Positions 17,529 through 25,146 of a stretch of DNA of 58,333 nt are shown here, piece by piece. The first letter of the stretch is position 1; every line of letters begins with the position of its first letter. Location: contig CAMJPK010000001.1 in NCBI GenBank assembly GCA_946407675.1, forward strand, positions 1 through 58,333, in the 5' to 3' direction. A program made the position numbers and the translations under genes. Source of the DNA: an uncultured Clostridia bacterium. GTDB lineage: Bacteria; Bacillota; Clostridia; Oscillospirales; Oscillospiraceae. A model generated the notes under the pieces. That model did not search any database and was not told the DNA's origin. It saw only the letters and a list, made by a program, of their open reading frames with translations.

Positions 17529-18313
17529 AGGCGCTGGAGTATGTGTTGCTCGACCCCACGGGCAACGTGACGGTTTTGGTGCGCACGGCGGTGCCGGTCC
17601 CGGCGCAGCCGCGCGTGGCCCGCGCGCTCCTCGAAGCCGAGCCGCGCGGCGAGCAGGTGGGCTTCCTCTCCCCGGGCGGCGCCGACGCGGACATCGCGCT
17701 GCGCATGGCCGGCGGCGAATTCTGCGGCAACGCGGCGATGTGCGCCGCGGCGCTGTGGTGCATAGAGCGGGGGCTTTCCGCGCAGACCGTCCGCGTCCGC
17801 GTCAGCGGGGCGGACCGGCCCGTGGCGGTGCAGGCCGCCGCGCAGGCGGAGGACTGCTGGTCCTGTGCGGAGGCGCTGCCCCGGCCCGCGCCGCCGGAGA
17901 TGGTAACGCTTGCGCTGGACGGGCAGACGTACCGCCTGCCGCTCCTGCGCTTTCCCGGCATCGGCCACCTCATTTTGCCCGGCGACACGGACCGCGCCTT
18001 TGCGGAGCGGGCGGCCCGGTCCTGGTGCGCCGCGCTGGGCGCGGAGGCGCTGGGGCTCATGCTGCTGGACGAGGCGGCCGGGCGCATGACGCCGCTGGTC
18101 TATGTCCCCGGCGCGGACACGCTCTACTGGGAGCGCTCCTGCGCCAGCGGCACCGCCGCGGCGGGGGCGTATCTGGCGTGGAAGCGCGGCGCGAGCGTGG
18201 AGGCCGCGCTGGACCAGCCGGGGGGATTTCTGCGTGTTTTTGCCGCGCCGGCAGGGGAGATCCGGCTCCGCGGCGCCGTCAGGGTACTGAAAGAGGGGAA
18301 AATTCTGGCCTGA
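17525..18313 (+). CDS. DapF-fold (diaminopimelate epimerase / CntK-like) two-cysteine racemase/epimerase-like protein
   Basis: 262 aa. The ATG overlaps the TGA of the ATPase gene (ATGA). [12 protein letters not shown], first catalytic-type Cys in GGEFCGNA, second in [11 protein letters not shown]. The spacing is consistent with the pseudo-two-fold DapF fold. Confidence 0.7.
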   Translation: MKALEYVLLDPTGNVTVLVRTAVPVPAQPRVARALLEAEPRGEQVGFLSPGGADADIALRMAGGEFCGNAAMCAAALWCIERGLSAQTVRVRVSGADRPVAVQAAAQAEDCWSCAEALPRPAPPEMVTLALDGQTYRLPLLRFPGIGHLILPGDTDRAFAERAARSWCAALGAEALGLMLLDEAAGRMTPLVYVPGADTLYWERSCASGTAAAGAYLAWKRGASVEAALDQPGGFLRVFAAPAGEIRLRGAVRVLKEGKILA

Positions 18314-18340
18314 GCACAAGCCTTTGTGCACATTTTTTCA
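18314..18340 (+). terminator. Weak rho-independent terminator after the DapF-like gene
   Basis: 6-bp stem gcacaa / ttgtgc followed by acaTTTTTT. Confidence 0.4.
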
Positions 18341-18369
18341 AAAAAACCGAAAAAAACACAAAATATAGC

Positions 18370-18398
18370 TTGCCAAGCGTGATTTGCCGCCGTATAAT
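18370..18398 (+). promoter_or_regulatory. Sigma-A-type promoter candidate
   Basis: TTGCCA, exactly 17 nt, TATAAT; about 65 nt upstream of the 18464 start. Confidence 0.6.
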
Positions 18399-18463
18399 CA
18401 AAACGAGAAATAGTATTTCCTGTCGAAAACGACAGCATATCTTGTGTTTTGAGGTTTGAGCGC

Positions 18464-18892
18464 ATGAAAAAACTACTCTTGCCGATCTGCATCATCGCGC
18501 TTGCAGCGCTCGTGCTTTCCGCCTTTGCCGGAAAGACGAAGCCCGCCGCGGAGCAGACCGCGCCCCGCTTCACCACGGTTTCGGAGGCGGCCTTCTCCAT
18601 GCGCGCCTCCGGCGCGCAGGACGCCACCAGCTTTCTGGTCGGCAGCTTTACCGGCGAGAAGGGCGAAAAGCTTGTGTTCAGCGGGACGGGCGAGGTCCGG
18701 CGTGTGATGCAGAACCTCAGTTCCGTGACCGGGACGTATTCGCTCCTGCAGTCGTCGGACGGCGCCGCGATCCTCAATCTGGACATCGGCGGCAGCGAGA
18801 AGAATTACGCGTTCACGCTCGCCGCGCCGGACGGCAGCTTCACCATCCGCGACACGGACGGCAACGCGGAAAGCTTCGCGCCGGTCGAGTAA
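18464..18892 (+). CDS. Hypothetical small exported protein
   Basis: Signal peptide MKKLLLPICIIALAALVLSAFA and a beta-rich mature part with no recognised family. Consensus-like promoter at 18370-18398. Confidence 0.65.
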   Translation: MKKLLLPICIIALAALVLSAFAGKTKPAAEQTAPRFTTVSEAAFSMRASGAQDATSFLVGSFTGEKGEKLVFSGTGEVRRVMQNLSSVTGTYSLLQSSDGAAILNLDIGGSEKNYAFTLAAPDGSFTIRDTDGNAESFAPVE

Positions 18893-18906
18893 CGCAAACC
18901 ACATCG

Positions 18907-18940
18907 AAGGGGCTGTTGAATCGCAACAGCCCCTTTTCTT
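18907..18940 (+). terminator. Rho-independent terminator
   Basis: 12-bp stem aaggggctgttg / caacagcccctt, 5-nt loop, T-rich tail. Confidence 0.8.
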
Positions 18941-18966
18941 ATTCTTTCTGCTTCGGGAGGCGTACC

Positions 18967-20121
18967 ATGACGACGGAAAAGCTTTGGGAGGGCGACGCGT
19001 ATCTGCGCGCCTTCACCGCGACGGTGTGCGCGTGCACGCCCGCCAAGCGCGGCTGGGAGGTCGTGCTGGACCGCACGGCGTTTTACCCCGAGGGCGGCGG
19101 CCAGCCGGGGGACACCGGGATGCTCGGCGGCGTGGCGGTCACGGATACGCATACGTCGGACGGCGCCGTCGTCCACCTCTGCCAAGCGCCTTTGCCCGTC
19201 GGCGCCGCGGTGGAGGGCGAGATCGACTGGGCGCGGCGCTTCGACCACATGCAGCAGCACTCCGGCGAGCACATCGTCAGCGGGCTCATCTGCGCGGCGA
19301 AGGGCTGCAGCAACGTCGGCTTCCACATGGGCGCGGAGGAGGTCGTCATCGACTTTGACGCGGCTTTGACGCCGGAGGAGCTGGCGGAGATCGAACTGGC
19401 GGCCAACCGCGTGATCTGGGAAAACCGCCCCTTCCTCGTCACATACCCGTCGCCGGCGGAACTCGAAACGCTGGAATACCGCAGCAAGAAGGCCCTCAGC
19501 GGCGAAGTGCGCATCGTGGAGTGCCCGGGCGCGGACCGCTGCGCCTGCTGCGGCACGCACGTGCGCTTAGCGGGGGAGATCGGGCTCGTGCGGCTTACGT
19601 CCGTGAGGCCCTTCCGCAGCGGCGTGCGCATCACAATGCTCGCCGGACGGCGCGCCTATGACTGGAGCTGTGCGATGGCGGCGCAGAACGCGCGCGTCTC
19701 CGCGCTGCTCTCGGCCAAGCCCGCGGAGACCGCGGCGGCGGTGGAGCGGGTGCTGCGCGAGAAGGCCGCGGCGGAGTACCGCCTCGTGGGGCTGGAAAAC
19801 CGGCTGTTCGCGGAAAAGGCGGCGCAGCTTGCCGGGCAGGGCGACGTCCTGCTCTTTGTCGAGCCGATGGCGCCGGACGCGCTGCGCCGCCTGTGCGAGG
19901 CGGTGGGCGCGCGCTGCGGCGGGCGCTGCGCGGTTTTCGCCGGGGACGACGCGGCGGGGTATAAATACGCGCTCAATCTCCCGTCGGGCGACGTGCACGC
20001 CTTCACTGCGGCGATGAATGCCGCGCTGCGTGGCCGCGGCGGCGGCAGGGACGGCTTTGCGCAGGGCAGCGCCGGCGCGTCCCGCGCGGAGATCGAGGCA
20101 TATATGAAACAGCTCCCCTGA
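18967..20121 (+). CDS. alaX: Alanyl-tRNA editing protein AlaX-L (editing domain plus DHHA1-like C-terminal domain)
   Basis: TAFYPEGGGQPGDTG, zinc motifs HSGEHIVSG (HxxxH) and CCGTHV (CxxxH), C-terminal GGGRDGFAQG. Start at MTTEKLW with RBS gggagg. Confidence 0.88.
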   Translation: MTTEKLWEGDAYLRAFTATVCACTPAKRGWEVVLDRTAFYPEGGGQPGDTGMLGGVAVTDTHTSDGAVVHLCQAPLPVGAAVEGEIDWARRFDHMQQHSGEHIVSGLICAAKGCSNVGFHMGAEEVVIDFDAALTPEELAEIELAANRVIWENRPFLVTYPSPAELETLEYRSKKALSGEVRIVECPGADRCACCGTHVRLAGEIGLVRLTSVRPFRSGVRITMLAGRRAYDWSCAMAAQNARVSALLSAKPAETAAAVERVLREKAAAEYRLVGLENRLFAEKAAQLAGQGDVLLFVEPMAPDALRRLCEAVGARCGGRCAVFAGDDAAGYKYALNLPSGDVHAFTAAMNAALRGRGGGRDGFAQGSAGASRAEIEAYMKQLP

Positions 20122-20157
20122 AAGGGGAGCTGTCGAGCGAAGCGAGACTGAGGGGTC
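20112..20157 (+). repeat. Dispersed double-hairpin intergenic repeat, one unit, overlapping the 3' end of alaX
   Basis: gctcccctgaaaggggagc (20112-20130) + tgtcgagcgaagcgagactgaggggtc. The alaX TGA (20119-20121) is in the loop of the first hairpin. Confidence 0.85.
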
Positions 20158-20159
20158 GC

Positions 20160-20189
20160 GCGGCGGGGGCAAGCCCCCGCCGCATTTTT
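20160..20189 (+). terminator. Rho-independent terminator after alaX and the repeat unit
   Basis: 11-bp GC stem gcggcgggggc / gcccccgccgc followed by aTTTTT. Confidence 0.8.
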
Positions 20190-20197
20190 CGTTTTAT

Positions 20198-20998
20198 TCA
20201 ATTCGTGTTTTCCTTGTAGTACATCAGCATCAGACTGTCCATCGCAACGGCGGCGCACCAGCCGTTGTCGAGCGCGTTGATGCAGCGCTCCAGCGAGAGG
20301 TACTCCGTCGCGCCGGAGGCGTGCTTGGTGAGCTTTTCGCTGGAACGCACCGCGGAAAGCACGGCGGGATCGTGGATGACGCCGACGCGGCAGCCGTCCA
20401 GATCCTTCATGCGGCGGATCTCGCTTTCCGCGCGGACAGCCAGCAGGATGTCGCTTTTCAGGTACGGCGCGCCGACGGCGTATTTGTCCGCCTTGACGAT
20501 GCGCCCGTCGAAGCCGAGCGCGCAGTCCACGTTGCCGGAGGCGAGCTGCGCCGCAACGTCGTCCGCCGAGATGGGGAGAAGCATGACCTCCCAGCCGATC
20601 AGGGCGCCGATCGCCTCCGCCAGATCGACGCTGATGCCGCGCAGCACGCCGTTTTCCTCAAAGGCGATGGGGTTGTAGTTCGTCTCGACGCCGATGATGA
20701 GCTTGCGCGGCGTCGGCAGCTCTTCCAGGGCGTTCATCGCGTTCACGTCGCCCTCCAGACAACTGCGGTCCTTGCCCAGCCAGCGCGCGGTGATGGAGGC
20801 GAGCTGCCCGTTTCCGGCGAGGGTCTTGAGCGCCGCGTCGATGAGCGGGGCGAGCTTGTCGCCGCCGCGGCAGATTGCGCAGAACTGCTTTTCGCCCAGC
20901 ACCTCCATCGCGCGGAACGAGGAGATCTCCGGCTGGCCGCAGCCGCACAGCGCCGCCAAAAGCGCCGCCAAAAGCACGAGCGCGATCCACTTTTTCAT
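20198..20998 (-). CDS. SBP family 3 substrate-binding lipoprotein, circularly permuted, orphan (no adjacent permease or ATPase)
   Basis: Lipoprotein signal ...LLAALCGC. The N-terminal EKQFCAICRGGDKLAPLIDAALKTLAGNGQLASITARWLG corresponds to the usual C-terminal segment of the family. It is followed by LIIGVETNYNPIAFEE...GISVDLAEAIG. RBS aaggagagg. Confidence 0.8.
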   Translation of the reverse strand: MKKWIALVLLAALLAALCGCGQPEISSFRAMEVLGEKQFCAICRGGDKLAPLIDAALKTLAGNGQLASITARWLGKDRSCLEGDVNAMNALEELPTPRKLIIGVETNYNPIAFEENGVLRGISVDLAEAIGALIGWEVMLLPISADDVAAQLASGNVDCALGFDGRIVKADKYAVGAPYLKSDILLAVRAESEIRRMKDLDGCRVGVIHDPAVLSAVRSSEKLTKHASGATEYLSLERCINALDNGWCAAVAMDSLMLMYYKENTN

Positions 20999-21021
20999 CC
21001 GGCGTCACCTCTCCTTCGGGC

Positions 21022-21053
21022 AAAGTACGCATACTATAAAGTACGCATACTAT
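21022..21053 (-). repeat. Perfect 16-bp tandem duplication in the promoter region of the orphan SBP gene
   Basis: aaagtacgcatactat x2. On the coding (minus) strand each unit carries a TATAGT -10-like hexamer. Confidence 0.8.
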
Positions 21054-21109
21054 AAATCATTTCCCGAAGGAAAGCAAGCCAATTTTTCGGCGGCAGAGCG
21101 TTTGCTGTT

Positions 21110-21145
21110 GCATATGGTTCAGTGACTTGTCACTGAACCATATGC
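21110..21145 (-). terminator. 17-bp perfect palindrome embedding the mscS stop codon
   Basis: gcatatggttcagtgac tt gtcactgaaccatatgc. The last codons of mscS (CAT ATG GTT CAG TGA, minus strand) form one arm. Confidence 0.55.
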
Positions 21146-21930
21146 ACATTAATGTGGCTATAAGTCATGTGCACGCCGTCGGCGGCGAAGCGCTCGCGTA
21201 CGCGCTCGTTCATGCCGAAGTAGACGTCCCAGTAATCGGCGTTCTTGCACCAGACGCGGACGATGTACTCCACGCTGCTCTCCTTGTACTGGCCGATGAC
21301 GATGAACGGCGCCGGGTCGGCCAGGATCTTCGGGTCGGCCTTTGCGGCCTCGAGGATCGCGGCGCGGACGGCCTCGGTGCTGTCGTCATACGAGGCGTTG
21401 AAGGTCATGTCCACGCGGCGCAGCGGGTTGCGGCTGTAGTTGACGACGCTTGCGCCGGTCACGTCGCTGTTCGGGATGCTGATCACGCGGTTGTCCAGCG
21501 TGTCGAGCACGGTGTAGAACAGGCCGACGGTCTTCACAACGCCGGTGTTCGCGCCGACGTCGATGAGGTCGCCCGCGCCGAAGGGCTTGGTGATCAGCAG
21601 CGTGATGCCGGAGAAGAGGTTCGTCAGAATGTTCTGCACGGACAGGCTCAGCGCCAGGCCGGCGATGCTGATGACCGCGACGAGCGAGGCGGTGGGGATG
21701 CCCAGCGTGCCGGCGATGATGACGATGGCCAGCGCCCACAGCGCGACGCGCACGACGGTCTTCAGGAAGCCCTGCAGCACCGTGTCCATCTTCTTGGACC
21801 TGGCCAGCAGCTTCTCGACCGCCTTCATGATGAGCTTGATCGCGATCAGGCAGACCAGGAACACGAGGATCGCGGAGATCACGACGGATGCGCCCGAGAT
21901 CCCAAGGGACTCCAACAGCTTGTCTAACAT
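21130..21930 (-). CDS. Small-conductance mechanosensitive channel (MscS family)
   Basis: 3 TM segments followed by the beta-domain motif GAGDLIDVGANTGVVKTVGLFYTVLDTLDNRVISIPNS. Start chosen at the Met with 9-nt spacing from GGAGG (alternative at 21936). The 5' extension to 22260 in the ORF track runs through AT-rich non-coding DNA. Confidence 0.88.
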   Translation of the reverse strand: MLDKLLESLGISGASVVISAILVFLVCLIAIKLIMKAVEKLLARSKKMDTVLQGFLKTVVRVALWALAIVIIAGTLGIPTASLVAVISIAGLALSLSVQNILTNLFSGITLLITKPFGAGDLIDVGANTGVVKTVGLFYTVLDTLDNRVISIPNSDVTGASVVNYSRNPLRRVDMTFNASYDDSTEAVRAAILEAAKADPKILADPAPFIVIGQYKESSVEYIVRVWCKNADYWDVYFGMNERVRERFAADGVHMTYSHINVHMVQ

Positions 21931-22020
21931 ATGCATCAACCTCCGATTTGTTTGGTTGCTTCCATTATAGCACAGCATTTTCGAAATGACAGGCCTTCGA
22001 GAAAAAATATTTTTGGGGAG

Positions 22021-22080
22021 TTTTCCACAGAAACGCACAGTTATCCACAATTTTATCAACAGGGAAAGGGGCTTTCCACA
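22021..22080 (+). promoter_or_regulatory. Cluster of three same-orientation DnaA-box-like 9-mers
   Basis: TTTTCCACA (22021-22029), perfect consensus TTATCCACA (22041-22049), cTTTCCACA (22072-22080), in the 412-bp mscS/htrA divergent intergenic region. Confidence 0.45.
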
Positions 22081-22115
22081 GGCGCAACTGCGCCCCTTTC
22101 CTTGACTCGACTCCG

Positions 22116-22145
22116 TTCTTTCTTTCTCTATTCTTTCTTTCTCTA
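22116..22145 (+). repeat. 15-bp pyrimidine-rich tandem repeat inside an AT-rich island
   Basis: ttctttctttctcta x2, followed by further short repeats (tactgt x2, tatactta x2) up to about 22190. Confidence 0.8.
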
Positions 22146-22342
22146 TACTGTACTCTACTGTCCTATACTTATCTAAGCTATACTTAACTTTATTGTAATT
22201 AAGATGTATGAAAGGAATTCGCGCCGCGGCGATGTTACAAATCGCCCGCAAAAAGTTCAAAAAGCGTTTTGGCTTTGTTCATGCTTTCTTCACAAAGCTT
22301 CCGTAAAATATAGCTATCCAAAACGAAAAGAGGCAAATCCCC

Positions 22343-23941
22343 ATGGCAGACTATGAAGAACGCAATGAGTACGAAAACGAGCGCCCCGTGCGCAGCGAGG
22401 CGGAGCCGGCGGCCCAGTCCGCGGCGCCGCAGCAGGCCGCCCCGGCGGACGCCGCGGGATATACGCCGTCCAACGCGCCTTCCGATCCGGCAGCGCAGCG
22501 CCCGAACGCAGCGCAGGAGCACGGCGCCTACGCCGACGCGGGCTACATTCCCGCCTCCGACGCCGGCACGATGCCCAGAAGCTATTCCTTTGCCGAACAG
22601 CCCGTGCGGCAGAAAAAGGAAAAGCGCGTCCGCCGCGGCATGCACCCTGCGGCGGTGATCGCCCTGTGCCTGGTCTGCGCGATCCTCGGCGGGCTGGCAT
22701 GCAGCTTTGCGCCGACGCTTTTGGCGAAGAACACGCCCGCCGAGACGGTGGAGGAAGCGCCGCAGCGCGCCGCCTCCGGCAGCGGCAGCGACGCTTCCTC
22801 CGGCGCCGTTCTCAACCTTTCGAGCGGCGAGAGCACGAAGGCCGTGACCACCAACCGCGTCAGCAGCGGGGAGATGACGCCGACCGAGATCTATTATAAC
22901 CGCGCGTTGGAGCAGGTCGTCGGCGTCAAGACCGAGATCACCTACACCAACTATTTCGGCTATACCACCAAGGGCGCCGTCAGCGGCTCCGGCTTCATCA
23001 TCTCGGAGGACGGCTACATCCTCACCAACTACCACGTCATTGAGGACGCGGTATCCGGCGGCTACGAGGTCCAGGTCCTCACCCATGACGGCGCGACGTA
23101 TACCGCCGCGGTGATCGGCTACGAGGAGGACAACGACGTGGCGCTGCTGAAGATCGACGCCACGGGCCTGAACGCGGCCATCCTCGGCGACAGTGACGCG
23201 ATGCTGGTCGGCGAAACGGTCTACGCCGTGGGCAACCCGACCGGCGAGCTGGAGTATTCCATGACCGAGGGCATCGTCTCCGCGAAGGACCGCCAGATCA
23301 CGGCGGCCAATTCCAGCACCGGCAGGACCGAGACCGTCAACGTCTTCCAGACGACCGCGGCCATCAACGGCGGCAACTCCGGCGGCCCCATCTACAACAG
23401 CCGCGGCGAGGTCATCGGCATCGTCGTCGCCAAGAAGGTATCCACGGAGATCGAGGGCCTGGCCTTCGCGATCCCGATCAACGACGCGGTGCACATCGCG
23501 CAGGACCTCATCAGTGACGGCTTTGTCCGCGGGAAGGCCTATATGGGCATCAACGTCGGCACGGTGACCGCCTCCGCCGCCCAGTATTACGGGCTGGTGC
23601 AGGGAGCCCTGGTCGGCACGGTCCACGCGGGCAGCTGCGCCGAGACCGCAGGGTTGCAGGAGAGCGACATCATCGTCGCCATCGACGGCAAGGAGATCAC
23701 CTCCGGCAAAGAGCTGATCGCCGCCAAGAAGGACTACCACGCCGGCGACAGCGCCGTGCTGAAGGTCTACCGCGACGGGCAGTACCTGGAGCTCACGATC
23801 ACCTTTGACGAGGCCACCCCGGAGAAGCTGGAGGCCGACGGCAAGGACAACGAGGAGACGCCCCAGACGCCGGAGCAGTCCGGCAGCAGCTACGAGGACT
23901 TCTTCCGCGAGTTCTTCGGCGGCTCCCCCTTCGGCAGATAA
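22343..23941 (+). CDS. HtrA/DegP-family (S1C) serine protease with N-terminal Pro/Ala-rich cytoplasmic tail, one TM and a PDZ domain
   Basis: Catalytic triad contexts TNYHVIED (His), DVALLKID (Asp), GNSGGPIYN (Ser). C-terminal PDZ-like region (GLQESDIIVAIDGKEI). Confidence 0.92.
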   Translation: MADYEERNEYENERPVRSEAEPAAQSAAPQQAAPADAAGYTPSNAPSDPAAQRPNAAQEHGAYADAGYIPASDAGTMPRSYSFAEQPVRQKKEKRVRRGMHPAAVIALCLVCAILGGLACSFAPTLLAKNTPAETVEEAPQRAASGSGSDASSGAVLNLSSGESTKAVTTNRVSSGEMTPTEIYYNRALEQVVGVKTEITYTNYFGYTTKGAVSGSGFIISEDGYILTNYHVIEDAVSGGYEVQVLTHDGATYTAAVIGYEEDNDVALLKIDATGLNAAILGDSDAMLVGETVYAVGNPTGELEYSMTEGIVSAKDRQITAANSSTGRTETVNVFQTTAAINGGNSGGPIYNSRGEVIGIVVAKKVSTEIEGLAFAIPINDAVHIAQDLISDGFVRGKAYMGINVGTVTASAAQYYGLVQGALVGTVHAGSCAETAGLQESDIIVAIDGKEITSGKELIAAKKDYHAGDSAVLKVYRDGQYLELTITFDEATPEKLEADGKDNEETPQTPEQSGSSYEDFFREFFGGSPFGR

Positions 23942-24003
23942 GCTATCACACCATTGCTGAAATGGTTTTCTAATCCTCTCTCTCTTCTTTTTCCCAAGCG
24001 CGG

Positions 24004-24038
24004 CGACCCCCCGACACCAAGGTGCCGGGGGGTCGTTT
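24004..24038. terminator. Hairpin between convergent htrA and mntP
   Basis: 10-bp stem cgaccccccg / cggggggtcg plus an inner 3-4 bp extension, followed by TTT on the plus strand. Confidence 0.6.
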
Positions 24039-24050
24039 GCCGATACTTGC

Positions 24051-24617
24051 CTATTTCAGAAAAACGCCCTCGATCAGCAGCTTCAGGCCGATGCCGATGA
24101 GCACGATGCCGCCGACGATGCCGGCCTTTTTGCCGTTGAGCTTCGGGATGCGGCTGCCGAGCATCGCGCCGCCGAAGCTGATGACGAAGGTGGTGCAGCC
24201 GATCAGCAGGCAGCTGGGCAGCAGCTTCAGGTCCTCCTGAAAGGCGAAGCTGACGCCGACGGCCAGCGCGTCGATGCTGGTGGCGACGGCGGCGGCCAGC
24301 AGATTTTTGTGGCGCAGCTCGGCCATGCCGTCCGCTTCCTCCTCGCCCGGCTTGATGCTCTCCAGCAGCATCTTCCCGCCGATGAAGGCCAGAAGCGCAA
24401 AGCTGATGTAGGGGCCGAACTTCATGATGTAGTGGCTGACCGTGCTGCCGAGGAGATAGCCGAGCAGCGGCATCAAAAACTGGAAGCCGCCGAAGTAAAG
24501 CCCCATCCAAAGCGCGTGGCGGACGTTGAAATTCTTGAGCGTGAGTCCGTTGGTGACGGACACCGCGAAGGCGTCCATTGACAAACTGATGCCGATCAGT
24601 AAAATGGATATCAGCAT
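24051..24617 (-). CDS. mntP: Manganese efflux pump MntP
   Basis: 188 aa starting MLISILLIGISLSMDAFAVSV. The repeated DAFAV / DALAVG motifs in the two halves are typical of MntP/YebN. The upstream part of the ORF-track ORF overlaps tadA antisense and was rejected. Confidence 0.88.
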   Translation of the reverse strand: MLISILLIGISLSMDAFAVSVTNGLTLKNFNVRHALWMGLYFGGFQFLMPLLGYLLGSTVSHYIMKFGPYISFALLAFIGGKMLLESIKPGEEEADGMAELRHKNLLAAAVATSIDALAVGVSFAFQEDLKLLPSCLLIGCTTFVISFGGAMLGSRIPKLNGKKAGIVGGIVLIGIGLKLLIEGVFLK

Positions 24618-24647
24618 AGGAAAAATTCCTCTCCGGGTGGGATAAGA

Positions 24648-25094
24648 ATGGAGTTTGAACGCTATATGCGCCGGGCGCTGGAGCTGGCTGCCGCGGCGGC
24701 GGACGAGGGCGAGGTGCCTGTCGGCTGCGTGATCGTGGACGCGCAGGGCAGCGTGCTGGGCGAAGGGCGCAACCGCCGGGAGGCGACGCGCGCCGTCACC
24801 GGCCACGCGGAGCTGGAGGCGCTCACCGCCGCCTGCGCCGCGCGCGGCGACTGGCGGCTGGACGACTGCACGGCCTTCGTGACGCTGGAGCCCTGCCCAA
24901 TGTGTGCCGGGGCGTTCATCAACGCTCGGCTGGGCACGCTGGTCTACGGCGCGCGCGAGCCGAATTACGGCTCTGCTGCCAGCATCCTCAATCTCTTTGA
25001 GGAGCGATACCCCTCACACACGGCGATTTTCGGCGGAATCCTGGCCGAAGAGAGCGCTGAATTGCTGAAGGCGTTTTTTGGAAAGCGGCGCTGA
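24648..25094 (+). CDS. tadA: tRNA adenosine(34) deaminase
   Basis: CDA fold zinc motifs HAELEAL and PCPMCAGA; 148 aa. Confidence 0.93.
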   Translation: MEFERYMRRALELAAAAADEGEVPVGCVIVDAQGSVLGEGRNRREATRAVTGHAELEALTAACAARGDWRLDDCTAFVTLEPCPMCAGAFINARLGTLVYGAREPNYGSAASILNLFEERYPSHTAIFGGILAEESAELLKAFFGKRR

Positions 25095-25112
25095 CAAGCT
25101 CCGCAGCTTTCT

Positions 25113-25145
25113 CGTCCGGGAACACAGCGAAGCGGTTCCCGGACG
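25113..25145. terminator. Hairpin between convergent tadA and lepA
   Basis: 11-bp stem cgtccgggaac / gttcccggacg with an 11-nt loop, abutting the lepA stop. Confidence 0.55.
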
Positions 25146-25146
25146 A

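Noticed and set aside
21931-22342. Chromosomal replication origin (oriC).
   Set aside because: DnaA boxes and an AT-rich stretch are present. However, there are only three boxes, and no dnaA, dnaN or rpmH genes are nearby. Firmicute origins normally flank dnaA. I kept this as a DnaA-box-cluster finding, not an oriC call.
24618-24806. Possible yybP-ykoY manganese riboswitch upstream of mntP, and the longer 251-aa mntP ORF.
   Set aside because: Only 30 nt separate mntP from the divergent tadA start. The extended ORF runs antisense through tadA and its N-terminal 63 aa are Arg/Ala/His-rich junk. The family-typical N-terminus MLISILLIG begins at 24617.
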